Below, piece after piece: positions 62,339 through 64,000 of a DNA stretch of 64,000 bases; position 1 is the stretch's first letter; each line of letters opens with the position of its first letter. The DNA is from Gemmatimonas sp. (lineage in GTDB: Bacteria > Gemmatimonadota > Gemmatimonadetes > Gemmatimonadales > Gemmatimonadaceae). Location of the stretch: the NCBI GenBank assembly GCA_965279375.1, contig OZ257156.1, forward strand, positions 2,784,001-2,848,000, in the 5' to 3' direction. The notes under the pieces are model-generated. The model was given only the letters and a program-made list of their open reading frames with translations. It had not been told where the DNA came from and made no database searches. Position numbers and translations under genes: made by a program.

Positions 62339-64000
62339 CTGAATACAAACCACTCCTCGCCACACGATCGATCAGGGACGGTACGTCTGAGCCGATTCGC
62401 ACGATGGTTTGACCAAGCGGGCGCTGGCCGTGGAGCGCCATGGCCTGCGCTGCGTGCGTTCGGGGTACCCGAGCGCTGGGTTCTGGCGGCGCTCCTCGTG
62501 CTCGGCGCGTGGATTCGCTTGCACGACCTGGGCTACAACACCGCATTCAACGACGAGTCGATCAACGTCATCGTCGGGCGTGATGTGATCGCCGGCCGAC
62601 TGACGCCGAGCCCGATTCCGTTTTACGTGGGCTGGTATCTGTTCCCCGTGCTCGCGTGGTGGGCGGACCAGTTGGGTGGCGTCGTGGGCATGCGCGTGAT
62701 GACCGGGCTGTTCGGACTTGCCACCATGGTCGCCGTCGCCCACACGACCCGTCGTCTCTTCGGCAACCACGCCGCCATCGCGGCGATGATTCTTGTGATG
62801 GTGCTGTCGCCGTTCGTATTCGCCGGACGCGTGGCGTTCCGTGAGGCGGGCACGATCGGCTTCCTCGCCGTCGGCGTAGCGTGCTTCGTCGAGGCGTGGG
62901 CGACCGATCGACGGCGATTCTGGGCAGCGTCTGCGCTGTGTGTCCTCGCGGCGTTCCTGTGCAAGCATCCCATCGGCATGTACGGTCCGCCGATGGTCGG
63001 ACTGGCCATCCTCGCGGGCGCGCGCGGACGTCGCTGGTTTGCGCTGCTGCTCTCCTCGCTGGTGGTCGCGTATCTCGTGATCTATCGCGCGGAAATGCTC
63101 GAGATGTGGCACGTGCTGCGCACGACGCCGATTCTCTTTGCGCCGGAATCAGAAGTCCCGAAGATCTACGGCGTGCGACGGCTGGACGTCTACCTGCTCT
63201 TCGCGCTCTCGCTACTCGGCTTCGCACTCGATCGCGTGACGATGCGCATGCCGCGGCTGCTGCTGCTGGGGGGTGCGTTGCTCTTTGCGCTGGTGCATGT
63301 CACACAGCGCGCCGATCTCAACACCTACCGTCACGCGGCGTACGTGCTGGTGTACCTCATTCCGTTGACCGTGCATGCGCTGGCGCTGCTGCTCTGGCGT
63401 GTCTCGCAGGCGCAGATCGCAATTCCGCACTGGGCTCTTCCGATCGCCGCAGCGCTCGTGGCGGTGCCGTGCGCACTGGCCGGACGCGATTGGACGGTCA
63501 CGAAATCGGATGTCGCCTTCGCTTGGCCGAGTAATCGCATCGGCGCCGAGTATCTGCGTGCGTGGACTGGCGGCAATCGGCAGGTGTTGGTGGATGATCA
63601 GACGCTGCGCTACGAGCTGTGGCCGGAGTTCCAGACGTACCAGATCACCGATGCGTTCTACTACAGCTATCAGGGCCAGCTCAACGGACCAGCGTACACG
63701 GCGGCGGTGCGCGACGGCGTGTTCGACATCATCGTGCTCGACGGGGCCGCGTACGATGCCTCAGCCCGACTGCGCGACGCGATCATGCCTGGACTGGCGC
63801 AGCGATACGCGCTGGCGGTGGAAGCGGCCGACTCGCTCACCGGTACACCGGTGCAGATCTACAAGCGTGTCACGCCCGCACCACAACCGCCGGGTCAGCG
63901 CACGGGCCGGCTGCAAATTCTCGATCCGATCACCGGAAGCCGGAGTTCAACGGCATCGATCACCGTACGTGGCGTGCTCAATTCACCGCGCGGCGGCGAA
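62339..64000 (+). CDS. GT-C fold membrane glycosyltransferase (PMT/ArnT-like), 3' truncated; start uncertain
   Basis: Frame reopening after TAA 62306-62308 reads RLHDLGYNTAFNDE (acidic DE after TM1) followed by multiple TMs; absent from the ORF track, consistent with running off the window. Confidence 0.75.
   Translation, partial: MNTNHSSPHDRSGTVRLSRFARWFDQAGAGRGAPWPALRAFGVPERWVLAALLVLGAWIRLHDLGYNTAFNDESINVIVGRDVIAGRLTPSPIPFYVGWYLFPVLAWWADQLGGVVGMRVMTGLFGLATMVAVAHTTRRLFGNHAAIAAMILVMVLSPFVFAGRVAFREAGTIGFLAVGVACFVEAWATDRRRFWAASALCVLAAFLCKHPIGMYGPPMVGLAILAGARGRRWFALLLSSLVVAYLVIYRAEMLEMWHVLRTTPILFAPESEVPKIYGVRRLDVYLLFALSLLGFALDRVTMRMPRLLLLGGALLFALVHVTQRADLNTYRHAAYVLVYLIPLTVHALALLLWRVSQAQIAIPHWALPIAAALVAVPCALAGRDWTVTKSDVAFAWPSNRIGAEYLRAWTGGNRQVLVDDQTLRYELWPEFQTYQITDAFYYSYQGQLNGPAYTAAVRDGVFDIIVLDGAAYDASARLRDAIMPGLAQRYALAVEAADSLTGTPVQIYKRVTPAPQPPGQRTGRLQILDPITGSRSSTASITVRGVLNSPRGGE

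Overview
High-GC bacterial chromosomal window, most likely Gemmatimonadota. This is inferred from the lineage-type RpoB/RpoC insertions, a Hanks kinase, a PEP-CTERM gene and gene order, and was not verified by a search. The core scaffold is recF-dciA-gyrB, mtnA-glpK-ccmF, uvrA, sdaAB/sdaAA, pspA, cysS, four tRNAs (Thr-Tyr-Gly...Thr), rpmG-secE-nusG-rplKAJL-rpoBC and rpsL-rpsG. It is interrupted by several accessory modules. The most interesting candidates are: (1) a membrane CHASE2-TIR receptor paired with a secreted FecR-domain protein, inserted inside the tRNA cluster; (2) a riboswitch-like 120-nt leader with mutually exclusive SD-sequestering helices upstream of an ankyrin protein that has an unexplained N-terminal helical domain; (3) a secreted 6-Cys peptide translationally coupled to a lipoprotein directly downstream of gyrB; (4) a CcmF paralogue lacking two conserved periplasmic histidines; (5) an amino-dideoxysugar/GT2/GT-C locus beside a sigma54-driven PEP-CTERM gene. 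tuf, fusA and tRNA-Trp are absent from their usual positions. No CRISPR array, rRNA, integrase or transposase was seen. All calls come from reading the sequence by eye; no database searches were run.
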